The notes under the pieces are model-generated. The model ran no database searches and was not told where the DNA came from. It was given only the letters and a program-made list of their open reading frames with translations. A program made the translations under genes and the position numbers. From a virus, in IMG/VR virus record IMGVR_UViG_3300045988_074608: a stretch of DNA of 64,000 bases. The stretch is one strand, 5' to 3'. The first letter of the stretch is position 1; each line of letters opens with the position of its first letter. Of the stretch, positions 38,040 to 47,748 are shown in pieces.

Positions 38040-39590
38040 TTATTTTATTTCTAATGAGTTATTATTAAATGCTCCTTTATTCATACTGACATACACATAG
38101 TAGTTCTAAGCAGCTCCTGTGCTATTCTATATAGATACCTATATCGGTTCTTTAAAGTTACCAAGAATCGGATCTGAACCATCTGCAATAATCGTAGATA
38201 ACTTACCCATATTAGCAGGGTAAGCGTAACAGAAGTACTGAGAATTATCAGTAGTTACTGTTATCGTAGATGTTCTATTATCTGCGAGTTTGCTATTCAA
38301 TGATGTTATATCTGAAGCAGTTAAATTCTAAGTAAGAACGTTACCCCAATATATATAATCACTAAATTTACAAGATACTGACACAGATGCTGTATCCATA
38401 CCAGATGCAGATACTATCTTAGAACCATTCAACATTAATCCTTTTTTAGGAGCTGCTACAGTGACACTAAATGTTTTAGTTCCTCTTGTAGCACTTGTAA
38501 ATGTCTAAACATCACACTCTTGACTAAGTACGCCTGATTCTGGTAGAATAAATCCCCATAATGTTGTAGTACAAGTAGTAGGATCTTTATAACCATCTGC
38601 CCTAGTCCATTTCCACTATCCTTTATAAGTAACTGTAGAACCAACAGGTACTATTATTGAAGTGGCGGTACTTGTAGCAGGTGGTTGTTGAAATCTAGTA
38701 TATATCCATTGATTTACCGCAATTTGCGGATATATGACAGGTTTATCTCCATTTAATATAGCATCAAGATCATCTCTATTTTCTCTATAATGAGCATCAC
38801 AATACTATTTATCTGCAAAATATTTCTTTAATTCACCTGTATATGTAGACAAGCCTGTATCATCTAACAATGGTTTTAGAACATCTGTAGTAGGATCTAA
38901 TACATATGGTATAAATGTATCTTTTGCTATATATATAGTCTATTCAAATGGTTTTCTAATTCCTACTGGAAGTGGAGCATTTGCATTTACGCCGATATTA
39001 TCTAAAAGATTATCTGCTGTAGCTATATAGTATTTATTTTCATACTAAATCATAAAACCTTTCTTATCAGTACTATATACCACTCGTCTTCCATCTATCG
39101 CTCCAATACTCTATTCTTGTGGATTTGGAAGTACTGTTGTAATATATTGATCAAAGAATAGAATGCTGCCAACACCAACTGTAGAAAGGGTATCAAGTTT
39201 ACGCTTATCCTAAGCGGTCATGAGACCCGCATGTTCAGAATTTGCACCTGTAATAATCACAGCTGTTTTTATAGGATTCTAAGAATTACCACCATTTGAT
39301 GTTCCTATTTCAACACTATTTTCTGAATAGTTCAGAACACCTTGTTCATTTGTAACAAGACCATTCTTGATAAGTTTTAGGTAATTGAGAACTTCTCTAT
39401 CTTCTGCAGAAATGGTTTCGTTCTTTAAATCAATCTGTTCTTTCAAATAGTTATTTATAACATTCTAAAATGCCCCAGCTCCCTGATTCCAATCATAATC
39501 CTTAACCTATTCAGCACTAGCAATTACACCAGACTGACTACCATTAACAAGTCTTGAAAAGAATTTTATATCGTCTTCTAAATAATTCAT
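38040..39590 (-). CDS. Tail fiber-like protein (516 aa)
   Basis: I checked the frame line by line and found TAG only between the ATG at 39590 and the TAA at 38040-38042. It contains GANSEHAGLMTA(TAG)DKRKLDTL, which resembles the GLMS-x-x-DK-x-KLD motif common in phage fibers. Confidence 0.6.
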
Positions 39591-40471
39591 GATATTGTAA
39601 ATTTAAAGGTTGTCTAATCTAGTTTCTAATACGACCTATAACAATATTTATAATCAGGTCTTGTAAACTGTTTCATAGGTTGTTCCTGACCAGCTATAGT
39701 AAGACTATTTATCTCAGTATTACTAAATATCCATAAATATGCCCAATCACCAGTTATATTTGCTATAGAATGTTCTCCAATAAGTGTAGTTTCATTGTCA
39801 AGTAAAAATGTATCTACATCTTGTACTTCTTCTACAGCTTGAAATCCAATACAATGATTAGATGTATCTTGTGTTTCTCCAAGATTTATTATAATATTAC
39901 CACTATCTGAATCAGAATCTTCCGACAATTCAAATATTGTACCATAATCTATTGTATAAGTATGTAGATTTTTCTTACACCATCCGTCTTCATATGTTGT
40001 CATAACAACAATCATTTTATAAATACCACATTTCTATTGACAAGCTGGGAAATATGCAGCTATTTGATTCTGTTCTTTTTCTATTGTAAATGGAGCCATG
40101 TATTCTTTACATTCATGCTCACAACAACAATGACAACAATCGTCAAACTTTTTAGGATTTATACCAAATCCATTGTAATTAGGCCAGATATGATAATCAT
40201 GAAAATTACCCATACATACAGCATATTCACATTTGTTATATGACGGATTTACATTATATTCAAATTTACCACAACCATGTACTGTATATTTAGTAGGCTC
40301 ATAAAACTATGGAAACGGTTCTTTTGGAAAACGTTTTACACAACAATGTGTTTTAGAAGAATTATTTACAAAATACACACGCAACTGTTTCATATTGACA
40401 GTGTCTGTAGAGGCAGGACCCTTAATTGTAAATATGACTTTAATATCGTTTCCTGTTCTTATTTTTTTCAT
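39587..40471 (-). CDS. Cys-rich structural-module protein (294 aa)
   Basis: ATG at 40471 follows the in-frame TAA at 40490-40492. The frame is continuous with track ORF 39626..40015. After two further TAG codons it ends at TGA 39587-39589, forming an ATGA overlap with the next gene. Confidence 0.6.
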
Positions 40472-40484
40472 AATAGTGTGTATT

Positions 40485-40516
40485 AAACATTAAAAGGGGC
40501 TCTTAAAAAGAGTCCC
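40485..40516 (-). terminator. Terminator-like hairpin with T-tract
   Basis: The minus strand reads GGGACTCT-TTTTA-AGAGCCCC (one A/C mismatch), followed by TTTTAATGTTT. It lies 20 nt after the TAA of 40536..41582. Confidence 0.5.
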
Positions 40517-40535
40517 AAGTAATGTAAGTTAATAA

Positions 40536-41582
40536 TTAAGCTGTAATACCCTCTGCTGTAATATTACCAAGAGCTGTTTCGATTGCTTCAAGGTCGTTTG
40601 AACCAGTTACACCATAAATCTCAACACACTCCTTTGTACGACGAATCTGATCATCAGCAGCGTGATAATGATTTTCAAACATGATTGTAATACCATCGTA
40701 ATTCTTTGTGATATCTGTAACCATATCTGGTTTAATAACTGGCCATGTACCTTCACCACGGTTCAAAATACCCTGGTAACCCATAGCCTGTGCTTCACGA
40801 TCGCGTACAAGTTTAGCATCAGTTGTGCACCACTTACCTGGAATCTTTTTGATTGCAAGGCCTGTAATAGAATACTTGTTCTTAGAAGCAAATGCTGGAG
40901 CCGTAGGATCTGTATAATATGCATTTACACTGAAACGCACCTTATTAGCCCAGTTCAAGCTATCATTTACGTTATCGTCATCATAAGCCATAGCCTTGAG
41001 TGTCACAACACCAGCCGCAGCAGTAGCATAAACACGAGCTCTCTTATACTGAACGTTGATTTGCTTCTTAATAGCCTCTGCAATAGTGTCAGCAGTATCA
41101 CCTGGCTTAGTTATATACTCATAAGACTCCGTCCACTTGCGATAACGAGTAGGCATATCTTTAAATGTAATACGTATAACGATACGACGTTCCCCTTTAG
41201 CAAATTCGCTGATAACTGCAGAATCTACTTTACTAAAATCAATAGTAACGGTATCTTCACTATTATTAAAGTGTGTCCGTTTAACCATTGATATAATATC
41301 ATCACGCTTAATTGTATTTGACCACTTAATAACAGGAACATAAGTAACATCTCCATCCTTTGTACGATGCGCTACATTCTTGCTAGTTATAAATCCAATA
41401 CGGAACTTTTTAGTGTTTGTATTAACCGTATAAAGATCTGACTCTGCAACACCATCCATATTCATCATTATAAACTTACCAGCGTCAGTGCTAGGTGTAT
41501 TCTTATCTGTTGGAGCTGTAGGCTTTGCTGCACATACTCCTGCTCCAGTACCTACAAGTACTGTATTTACATATGTAATCAT
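40536..41582 (-). CDS. Abundant-looking structural protein (348 aa), GC-enriched, no TAG
   Basis: Intact track ORF with ATG start and TAA stop, followed by a terminator-like hairpin. No family recognised; the structural role is inferred from position and codon composition. Confidence 0.65.
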   Translation of the reverse strand: MITYVNTVLVGTGAGVCAAKPTAPTDKNTPSTDAGKFIMMNMDGVAESDLYTVNTNTKKFRIGFITSKNVAHRTKDGDVTYVPVIKWSNTIKRDDIISMVKRTHFNNSEDTVTIDFSKVDSAVISEFAKGERRIVIRITFKDMPTRYRKWTESYEYITKPGDTADTIAEAIKKQINVQYKRARVYATAAAGVVTLKAMAYDDDNVNDSLNWANKVRFSVNAYYTDPTAPAFASKNKYSITGLAIKKIPGKWCTTDAKLVRDREAQAMGYQGILNRGEGTWPVIKPDMVTDITKNYDGITIMFENHYHAADDQIRRTKECVEIYGVTGSNDLEAIETALGNITAEGITA

Positions 41583-41660
41583 AATTTATATATTTAATTT
41601 TTTCTACTCCCTCTATTTATATAATACTAGACCTAACTAGCTGAGGTTTCCACGTTAAAA

Positions 41661-42356
41661 TTATTCTTGAGTATTCACTTCATTTGTAATGGTTTCATAA
41701 CGTTTATCTTGCTGATTTTCGATATACATCTATGCAGCAATCTTAATTATTTCATACATTACATTATCATTGAAATCCGTATACTCAACAACCGGATTTT
41801 CAAGAGAAATCTTATTAGGGGTTCTTAAATAACCTATCTTATAAGATTGTATTTTATATTTCTTATCTGTTAATAACTAACAACCGTCGACAATTCTAAT
41901 TCTAAGAGGTCTTGCTTTATGTCGTGTATAATGAAAATCTGTCAAAGAATTATTTATTCTATGCATATAACTATCTCTAGTACATTCGAATACATGAGTG
42001 TTCATTAAATGCTCATTTGACAAATTTGAAATAACAACATCTTCATTTAAAATGTATAAAAAATCTGACGGATAATTCACCTAATATGAATCATAATCTG
42101 GATTAGAATTTGAAGTTAAAAAATCATCTTTTCCATATTCTCGTTCTTTATACAGATTAATAAGATCCTCTCTTCGTTTTTCAGTTTGTTCAAAAGATGT
42201 TTTATGTATTAAGTCTCCATTAAATCTAAGCTTTACAAACTTAGAAACAGCCTGGTTCAACCAATACATAGAATCGTCTGTGTTTGGCTTATTAACAGCA
42301 TCGTTTATCTTATTTATCTCTGTTTCAAAAGAAACTAATATATTTAATGGTGTCAT
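41661..42356 (-). CDS. Head-tail connector region protein (231 aa)
   Basis: Track ORFs 42081..42356 and 41877..42080 share a frame and are joined by TAG. By hand, the frame continues to TAA at 41661-41663. The ATG at 42356 forms an ATGA overlap with the upstream gene. Confidence 0.55.
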
Positions 42357-43141
42357 TGTTCAGTCTGTTCTTGTTGTTTTTGCTATTGTGGTTGTTTCTT
42401 ATTACCACCAAGCAATAAAAATTTATATTGACTTATATACATCTAAACAGCTCCATCTACAATATCATTAAAAGCAGAAAACGGCAATGAACAAGTACTA
42501 TGTATAGCACCTTCTGACATGTCTTCATCATTGTAATTCTATAGATTGAATCTATAAGGGTACGCATAATACACTAAATCTACTGATTTTATAACTGTAT
42601 AATTATCGTGTATTATTTTTATACAAGAATCATTATTTATAGTACTTTCAAATACTACAAAAGGATATCTTAAAATATTACCACTATTAACATAAGAAGT
42701 CATAATACTAGCAACATCTTCCTACTTTATCAATTGATTTGGTGCAGTATTGGTAGATGGTTTTATAACACCACTTGTTCTAGGATTCTTATAATTATAA
42801 GGCATAGAACTAGTAGATCTGATATATCTGTAATAATCAGATGGTTTTTGAATCGTTGTACAAATATCCATACTATCCAAATCTGATATATTACTTGTAT
42901 ATATATTCTTATGTCTAACTAATGATTTTAACATTTCCACTGCTTTGATCGCAGGTCCTGTTCCGTTTTCTAATTTATCTTTTGCGAGAATCAAACCGTC
43001 GACATATTTTAATACATATTCACTTAAAAATGAATATATTGTATCTGTATCCAACTTTTCTTCATTTGCAAAAGATGGATATATTTCTATTATTCGCCTT
43101 TCGAATTCTATGGCGAGTTGTCTTGTCTATTCTCGTGTCAT
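42353..43141 (-). CDS. Head-tail connector region protein (262 aa)
   Basis: The ATG at 43141 overlaps the upstream TGA (ATGA). The frame is continuous with track ORF 42722..43054 through TAG codons to TGA at 42353-42355 (ATGA again). Confidence 0.6.
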
Positions 43142-43803
43142 GATTCAAAACTGTTTAATGAAGCTTTCGTAGAAAGTCTTGGCGATTCAACTATTTCTGC
43201 AGACATTATGATTGCCATATTTATAACTTCTTCAGCAACATGGTCTGGCAGTTCAAATAAAGTATCATCTGTATTACCTACAAACTTCTCAGGCTTTTTA
43301 ATATAAGTACATCTGAATTCTTTTAAATCATCTAAAGTATGCATATACGGATCGAATAATAAATGTATTTTCTAACCTCTTATGTATATAACTGGATTCG
43401 GGATCCAAGGTACATTTGTAGAAGTTTGTTTAAATTTACGAGCAATATCGTTACTTACAAGTTGTACCATTTCTCTAGTATCTGGGGATACAAGTTGTTC
43501 TCCTTGAATGAAAAACAACATAGATGGTGGAATATTGTAAGTAACTTCATTAAAGTCTTTCGGACCTACTCTGTTCAAAGCATCTGTCTATATCAAAGCT
43601 CTGATATCTTCAATTGCTTTATTATCGCCCTCAAAACCAACTTTTCTCGTATTATTACCAGTAAACTTATTTGAAACAACAGCTAAATACGCTTTGTCTA
43701 AAATTGTTAGTATTTCATAATCAGTAAGCGACGGATATGACGATGTAGTGGTCATCTTGTCATATTCTATCAAAAATTTAGTTTTTATATCACCATGCGT
43801 CAT
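43138..43803 (-). CDS. Head-tail connector region protein (221 aa)
   Basis: Track ORFs 43588..43803, 43372..43578 and 43138..43344 share one frame and are joined by TAG. The stop is TGA at 43138-43140. Confidence 0.65.
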
Positions 43804-43819
43804 ACGTCGTATTATTTAA

Positions 43820-44572
43820 TTATTTACTTTCTACTTGGTTTATAATCGAAAGTTTAAGGTCTTGATTTTTCTTTGCATCAAGATAAGCAATAGCATCTTG
43901 TTTAGAATCTGCAAACAACTCACTACCATAATAATAATGAGTTTTATCTTTGCGGATAACACCTTTTGCAATAGCACTCTCAAGCAAGAATTCTGTTTCC
44001 TTTGATTTATTGTTTACCCAAACGTCAAAGAACTTCTTAGGATTCTTATCAACAAGACCAAACAACGTAGATTCAACAAGCTCATTTGATAATGTATCTG
44101 ACTTAAGACCAAACAAACGCAAACATTTACGCATCTGATCCAATGACAGTTTGTCGAATTCTTTGATAGCATCTCTACGCATCTTATTAATCTTGTTCTG
44201 CTCAATAGCCTCTGCCTGCTTATTGATTAAGAGATAATCCTTACTAGCTGCAAGTTTATCCAAAGATGTAGCAACACGCTTATGACCTGTCAAGAACTTA
44301 ATAATCATCTCCTGTCTAGGATATGTATCATCAAGCAACAATGGTCTAGAACCAATCTTTACTACAAAGTTCTCCCAATAAGGACTGCTCTTAGCAAGAG
44401 TTCCTTCCGCAAGACCTAGAACTTTCTCATAATGTTTCTCATCTTCTGGGGTGAGACCCGTATATATCGACCCGGAACGAGTAAGGTAGGGTGCAATATA
44501 GTCAAAACATGACTTATATTTAATTAAACCCGCCCAGGGATTTTTCTTCATTATTTTTAATTCAACTACCAT
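43820..44572 (-). CDS. Head-module protein (250 aa), no TAG
   Basis: Intact track ORF directly downstream of the MCP, with a TAA stop. Confidence 0.65.
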   Translation of the reverse strand: MVVELKIMKKNPWAGLIKYKSCFDYIAPYLTRSGSIYTGLTPEDEKHYEKVLGLAEGTLAKSSPYWENFVVKIGSRPLLLDDTYPRQEMIIKFLTGHKRVATSLDKLAASKDYLLINKQAEAIEQNKINKMRRDAIKEFDKLSLDQMRKCLRLFGLKSDTLSNELVESTLFGLVDKNPKKFFDVWVNNKSKETEFLLESAIAKGVIRKDKTHYYYGSELFADSKQDAIAYLDAKKNQDLKLSIINQVESK

Positions 44573-44593
44573 AATTTAAAATTAGTATGTTGT

Positions 44594-44632
44594 AACGTCG
44601 GACATTGGGGATAAATCCCCAACTCGATCGTT
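44594..44632 (-). terminator. Strong stem-loop after the MCP gene (terminator or processing site)
   Basis: The core is TTGGGG-ataaat-CCCCAA, flanked by additional pairing (AACG...CGTT). It lies 19 nt after the MCP TAA, and TTTT follows about 12 nt downstream. Confidence 0.45.
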
Positions 44633-44650
44633 AATTATTATATATTGTTA

Positions 44651-46450
44651 TTAGGCTGCTACGTTATAAGCACCTTTATTCGTAATGTCTGTATCCTCAG
44701 CATCACAGTACAGAATACCACAAGACAGCGGATTACGAAGCATAATACCCTCCTCACCGAGGAAGTGAACCTGGTAACCATCACGGCTGTTAGAACGTAC
44801 TGTATTAATACTATTGCTATATCCAGCTGGAGTTACAGAACCTGCTGTACACCACTGTACAAACTCACGACCCTTACGACAAACCTTAACAACGTTTGCC
44901 TGACCATCACGCTGACCAAGATCAACAAACAAGAATGTGTATGACATCAATGGTTTACCTGTAACCGGATGCAACTGACGGAACATTTCCATATTATCAA
45001 ACAGAGCACAACGCTTAACTGTAAGCTCAATACCGTTAGTCATCTTATATGTAGTAAACTGACCACCGAGTGTCAACTCCTGACCAGAACCAGTGATAAA
45101 CTTAGTATCAGTAAGCTGGAATCCAGCTGCCTTCTCACGAAGTACACGGTCAAATTCTCTAATCATTTATGTTTAGTTCATATCGTTAATACAAACCGGT
45201 TTTTATTGACCAAATAAAAACCCTCATATTTTCATATGAGATCAGACTATATCTTCAACCTATAAAAAGGTTGTCCACCATTTCGATTTCACTTGAAACC
45301 TACTCCTTTCGGATAGTCGTTGAACGTTCTTAACTAAATAAGTTAAGCTTCGCTGCTGATTGCCTCCAACTTAATGGTAAGGTTTTCCAGCAATTAGATG
45401 GATTTTCAAGTAACATTACTGCTACAGGGAGCTATGTTGTTAACCCATTTCTCCTGTCAAAGCGATAAACTTACGCTCCTGTGTACCGAGAATATTATAA
45501 CACAGATCGAACAGATAATCCTCAAGCAGCTCAGCTGTCAAATGTGTATAATAACGTACATTAGCAGGACTAATCTGCTCAAACAAACCTGCAGAGATTG
45601 GCACAGGTCTTCCATTTTTACCTCTAAGAGCATATGTACCATCAGCATTACGGTTAGAACGAGAGAACAGAAGGAACTTCTCCTCACGACGTTTCCACTC
45701 ACGAAGAGCCAACCAATACTGATAATCAGACCACAAATAAGAAGTCTTACCTGTCTCAGGATCCTTCAATGCGATAGCAAGTACTGTAGAATAAGCATCA
45801 CCTGTAATATCGTAAGAAAGACGAAGAGTTGTAAGGTTATTACGCATCTTAAATGGAGTCTGATAGCTGATGATATCTGCCTCATCACTGTACTCCTCGT
45901 ATGCAGAACCAATACGGCTTACCTGACGACCAGGAAGAAGGAACTCACCAGGAATATATGCTCCTGCGAAACCATCTGCTACATAGCATTCATATACCCA
46001 TGTAGAACCATCCTGATAAGGTACACCATTTACACGTACCTGATAGTTTACATTATCGAAAGCAAGTACAGCACCAGGACCGAAAGCTTTTTCCTCAAGT
46101 CCAATGTAGATAGGAGCTCCATTCAAACCTGGAGTAACAGTATTCGCATTGTTAGAAGTAATCTCTGCACCATCAGCCTTAGCCCAACGAATATTTACAG
46201 CCTTCTCCTGGTCAACCATTACTGACCACTCGTACTCACGATTCTCAATAGTCATAGTCTTACCGAGACCACCAGTAATCATGTCGATAGCAGTAGATAC
46301 ACCATCATCCTTAGTACCAAATACCAAAGAAAGAAGACCACTAATCTCATGAGGTCTTGTAAGAAGTGCGTTTGAAATCATGTTCTCATCAACCAAATCA
46401 GAGAATTTACGACCTCTGTAAAGCTGAAGATTATTTAAAAGTGTATTCAT
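44651..46450 (-). CDS. Major capsid protein, two exons (46450..45443 and 45163..44651) joined across a group I intron; 506 aa, no TAG
   Basis: Track ORFs 45440..46450 and 44651..45166 are in the same frame and are separated by 279 nt of ribozyme-like sequence. The predicted junction is ...LTGEMG/IREFDRV... It is a GC-enriched gene placed after the scaffold-like gene, as in crAss-like head modules. Confidence 0.75.
45164..45442 (-). mobile_element. Group I intron (IA2, T4 td-like), ORF-less, 279 nt
   Basis: The canonical P, Q, R and S elements occur in order on the minus strand: AATTGCTGGAAAACC, CAATCAGCAGC, GTTCAACGACTATCC, GAAGATATAGTCTGATC. The 5' exon ends in GGU, followed by UAA. The intron ends in ...AACAUAAAUG. 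Several stretches (AACGACUAUCC...GGAGUAGG...CAAGUGA...UCGAAA...GACAAC...AGAUAUAGUCUG) match my recollection of the T4 td intron. Confidence 0.85.
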
Positions 46451-46478
46451 AAATTATTTATTATTTGATTAATTGTTA

Positions 46479-47621
46479 TTATAGCCACCTTGACGCAATG
46501 TCAGCTACTGAACGTTTCTTGTCATCTATATTAAAACTACTATGATTCTTAGTCTAATATCTTAACATTTTTCTAAGTTTTTCTGCAGCAGTCGTTTGAC
46601 CAGTGCGCTTGGCTTCTCCAATGAGGGCGTCGCCTTTCATAGTGAAGTACGCAGACTCTATGAGATTTTCTATCAAGTTTTTCTGGAAATCTCTTTGATA
46701 CTGAGTGATTCCTTCTGAATCAACTTTTGTAATGTAATCAAACAATGCTTTTCTATCTTGTTTTGGAATAGCGACACCTCTGATATTGTCTAGAGATGAA
46801 ATAGTATTGTTCAAATCTGTTACAAATTGTCTAGCTTGCTCTTGTTGTGCCATTTGCTGCTGTTGCTGAAGCTGTTGCTGTTGTTGCAACTATTCTTCTT
46901 GATATATTTTCAATCTTTCAACAGCGTCGTTAGCCTCATCTTCAAGCATATCAGCATCTTCATATCTTTCTATCTTCTTATTAATCTACTCATCGGAGTA
47001 ACCGGATAGTTTTAAATAATCACGAACTGCCATCTTTTGATTAGATTCATCCTCCATATCCATATTATCATATTCAATAGTTTGAGACATTCCATTATAG
47101 AAATCTTCAAACTTTCCACCATTCTTAACATATGCGTCAAGTTGTGCTATACGATCGTCTGCATATTGAGGTTTGGAATTCTCAGCAACCGTATCTTCGA
47201 TATAGTTGATAAGACCTTCCATTGAATCTGGTTTTTCATCGTCTGCTACATCCCATCCTAATTCTTCAGCGAACGCGTCAAAGAACAATCTAACATTCTG
47301 TGTTTCAAGCTGATCTGCCTCATTATCTGTTTGATCATCCTGTCCATCTGAAATATCATCAGGATTATTATTCAAATCATCCTGATTTGGAATAGGAGTA
47401 GTATCATTATTGTCTGGATCAATTACTTGATCATCGTCTGATCCACCAACGTTGTTGGGATCATTATTGTCGTCTAAGTCGTCAATATCATCATAGATTG
47501 GCGTATCTTGTATAGTTTGGTCATCATCCATGTTAGATACAGGATCTGTTACATCGTTATCATAACCAAGCTTACTTAAAGCATTATCAAATGTTGATAG
47601 ACTGTTTTTCTTTCTTGCCAT
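46479..47621 (-). CDS. Scaffold-like protein (380 aa): acidic N-terminus, poly-Gln coiled coil
   Basis: Track ORFs 46986..47621 and 46554..46889 share a frame, with TAG in between. The TAG at 46554 is read through to TAA at 46479-46481. It has D/N/E-rich tracts and QQQQQLQQQQQMAQQEQ. It lies immediately upstream of the MCP. Confidence 0.6.
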
Positions 47622-47664
47622 AATTATATATAATAATTAGTTAAATTAAATTAAAATTTAAATT

Positions 47665-47748
47665 GCTGCTCAATGTGCGAAATTTCTCGCAAAATTGGCA
47701 CGTTTGCGTAATGTTGAGCTATATTTTCCTTTGGGTGCGCTCAACACC
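47665..47748 (-). promoter_or_regulatory. GC-rich structured intergenic element with mutually exclusive helices
   Basis: On the plus strand the segments are GCTCAAT (47668), TGCGA (47676), TCGCAAA (47687), TTTGCG (47703), GTTGAGC (47713) and GCTCAAC (47739). TCGCAAA can pair with either TGCGA or TTTGCG. GTTGAGC can pair with either GCTCAAT or GCTCAAC. Confidence 0.45.

Noticed and set aside
45398-46225. Long plus-strand ORFs: 275 aa here; also 40662..41291, 33454..33909, 50886..51323, 37344..37700, 23589..23843 and 20439..20771.
   Set aside because: Each lies antisense to a well-supported minus-strand gene (MCP, the structural protein, the fiber, the portal, and others). Their translations are low-complexity Ile/Leu/Ser/Cys strings. 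Stop-poor antisense frames are expected opposite GC-enriched or Gln/Glu-rich coding sequence.
47665-47748. The GC-rich structured element as a tRNA or group I intron fragment.
   Set aside because: It has no T-loop or D-loop consensus and no P/Q/R/S elements. Only local alternative helices are present.
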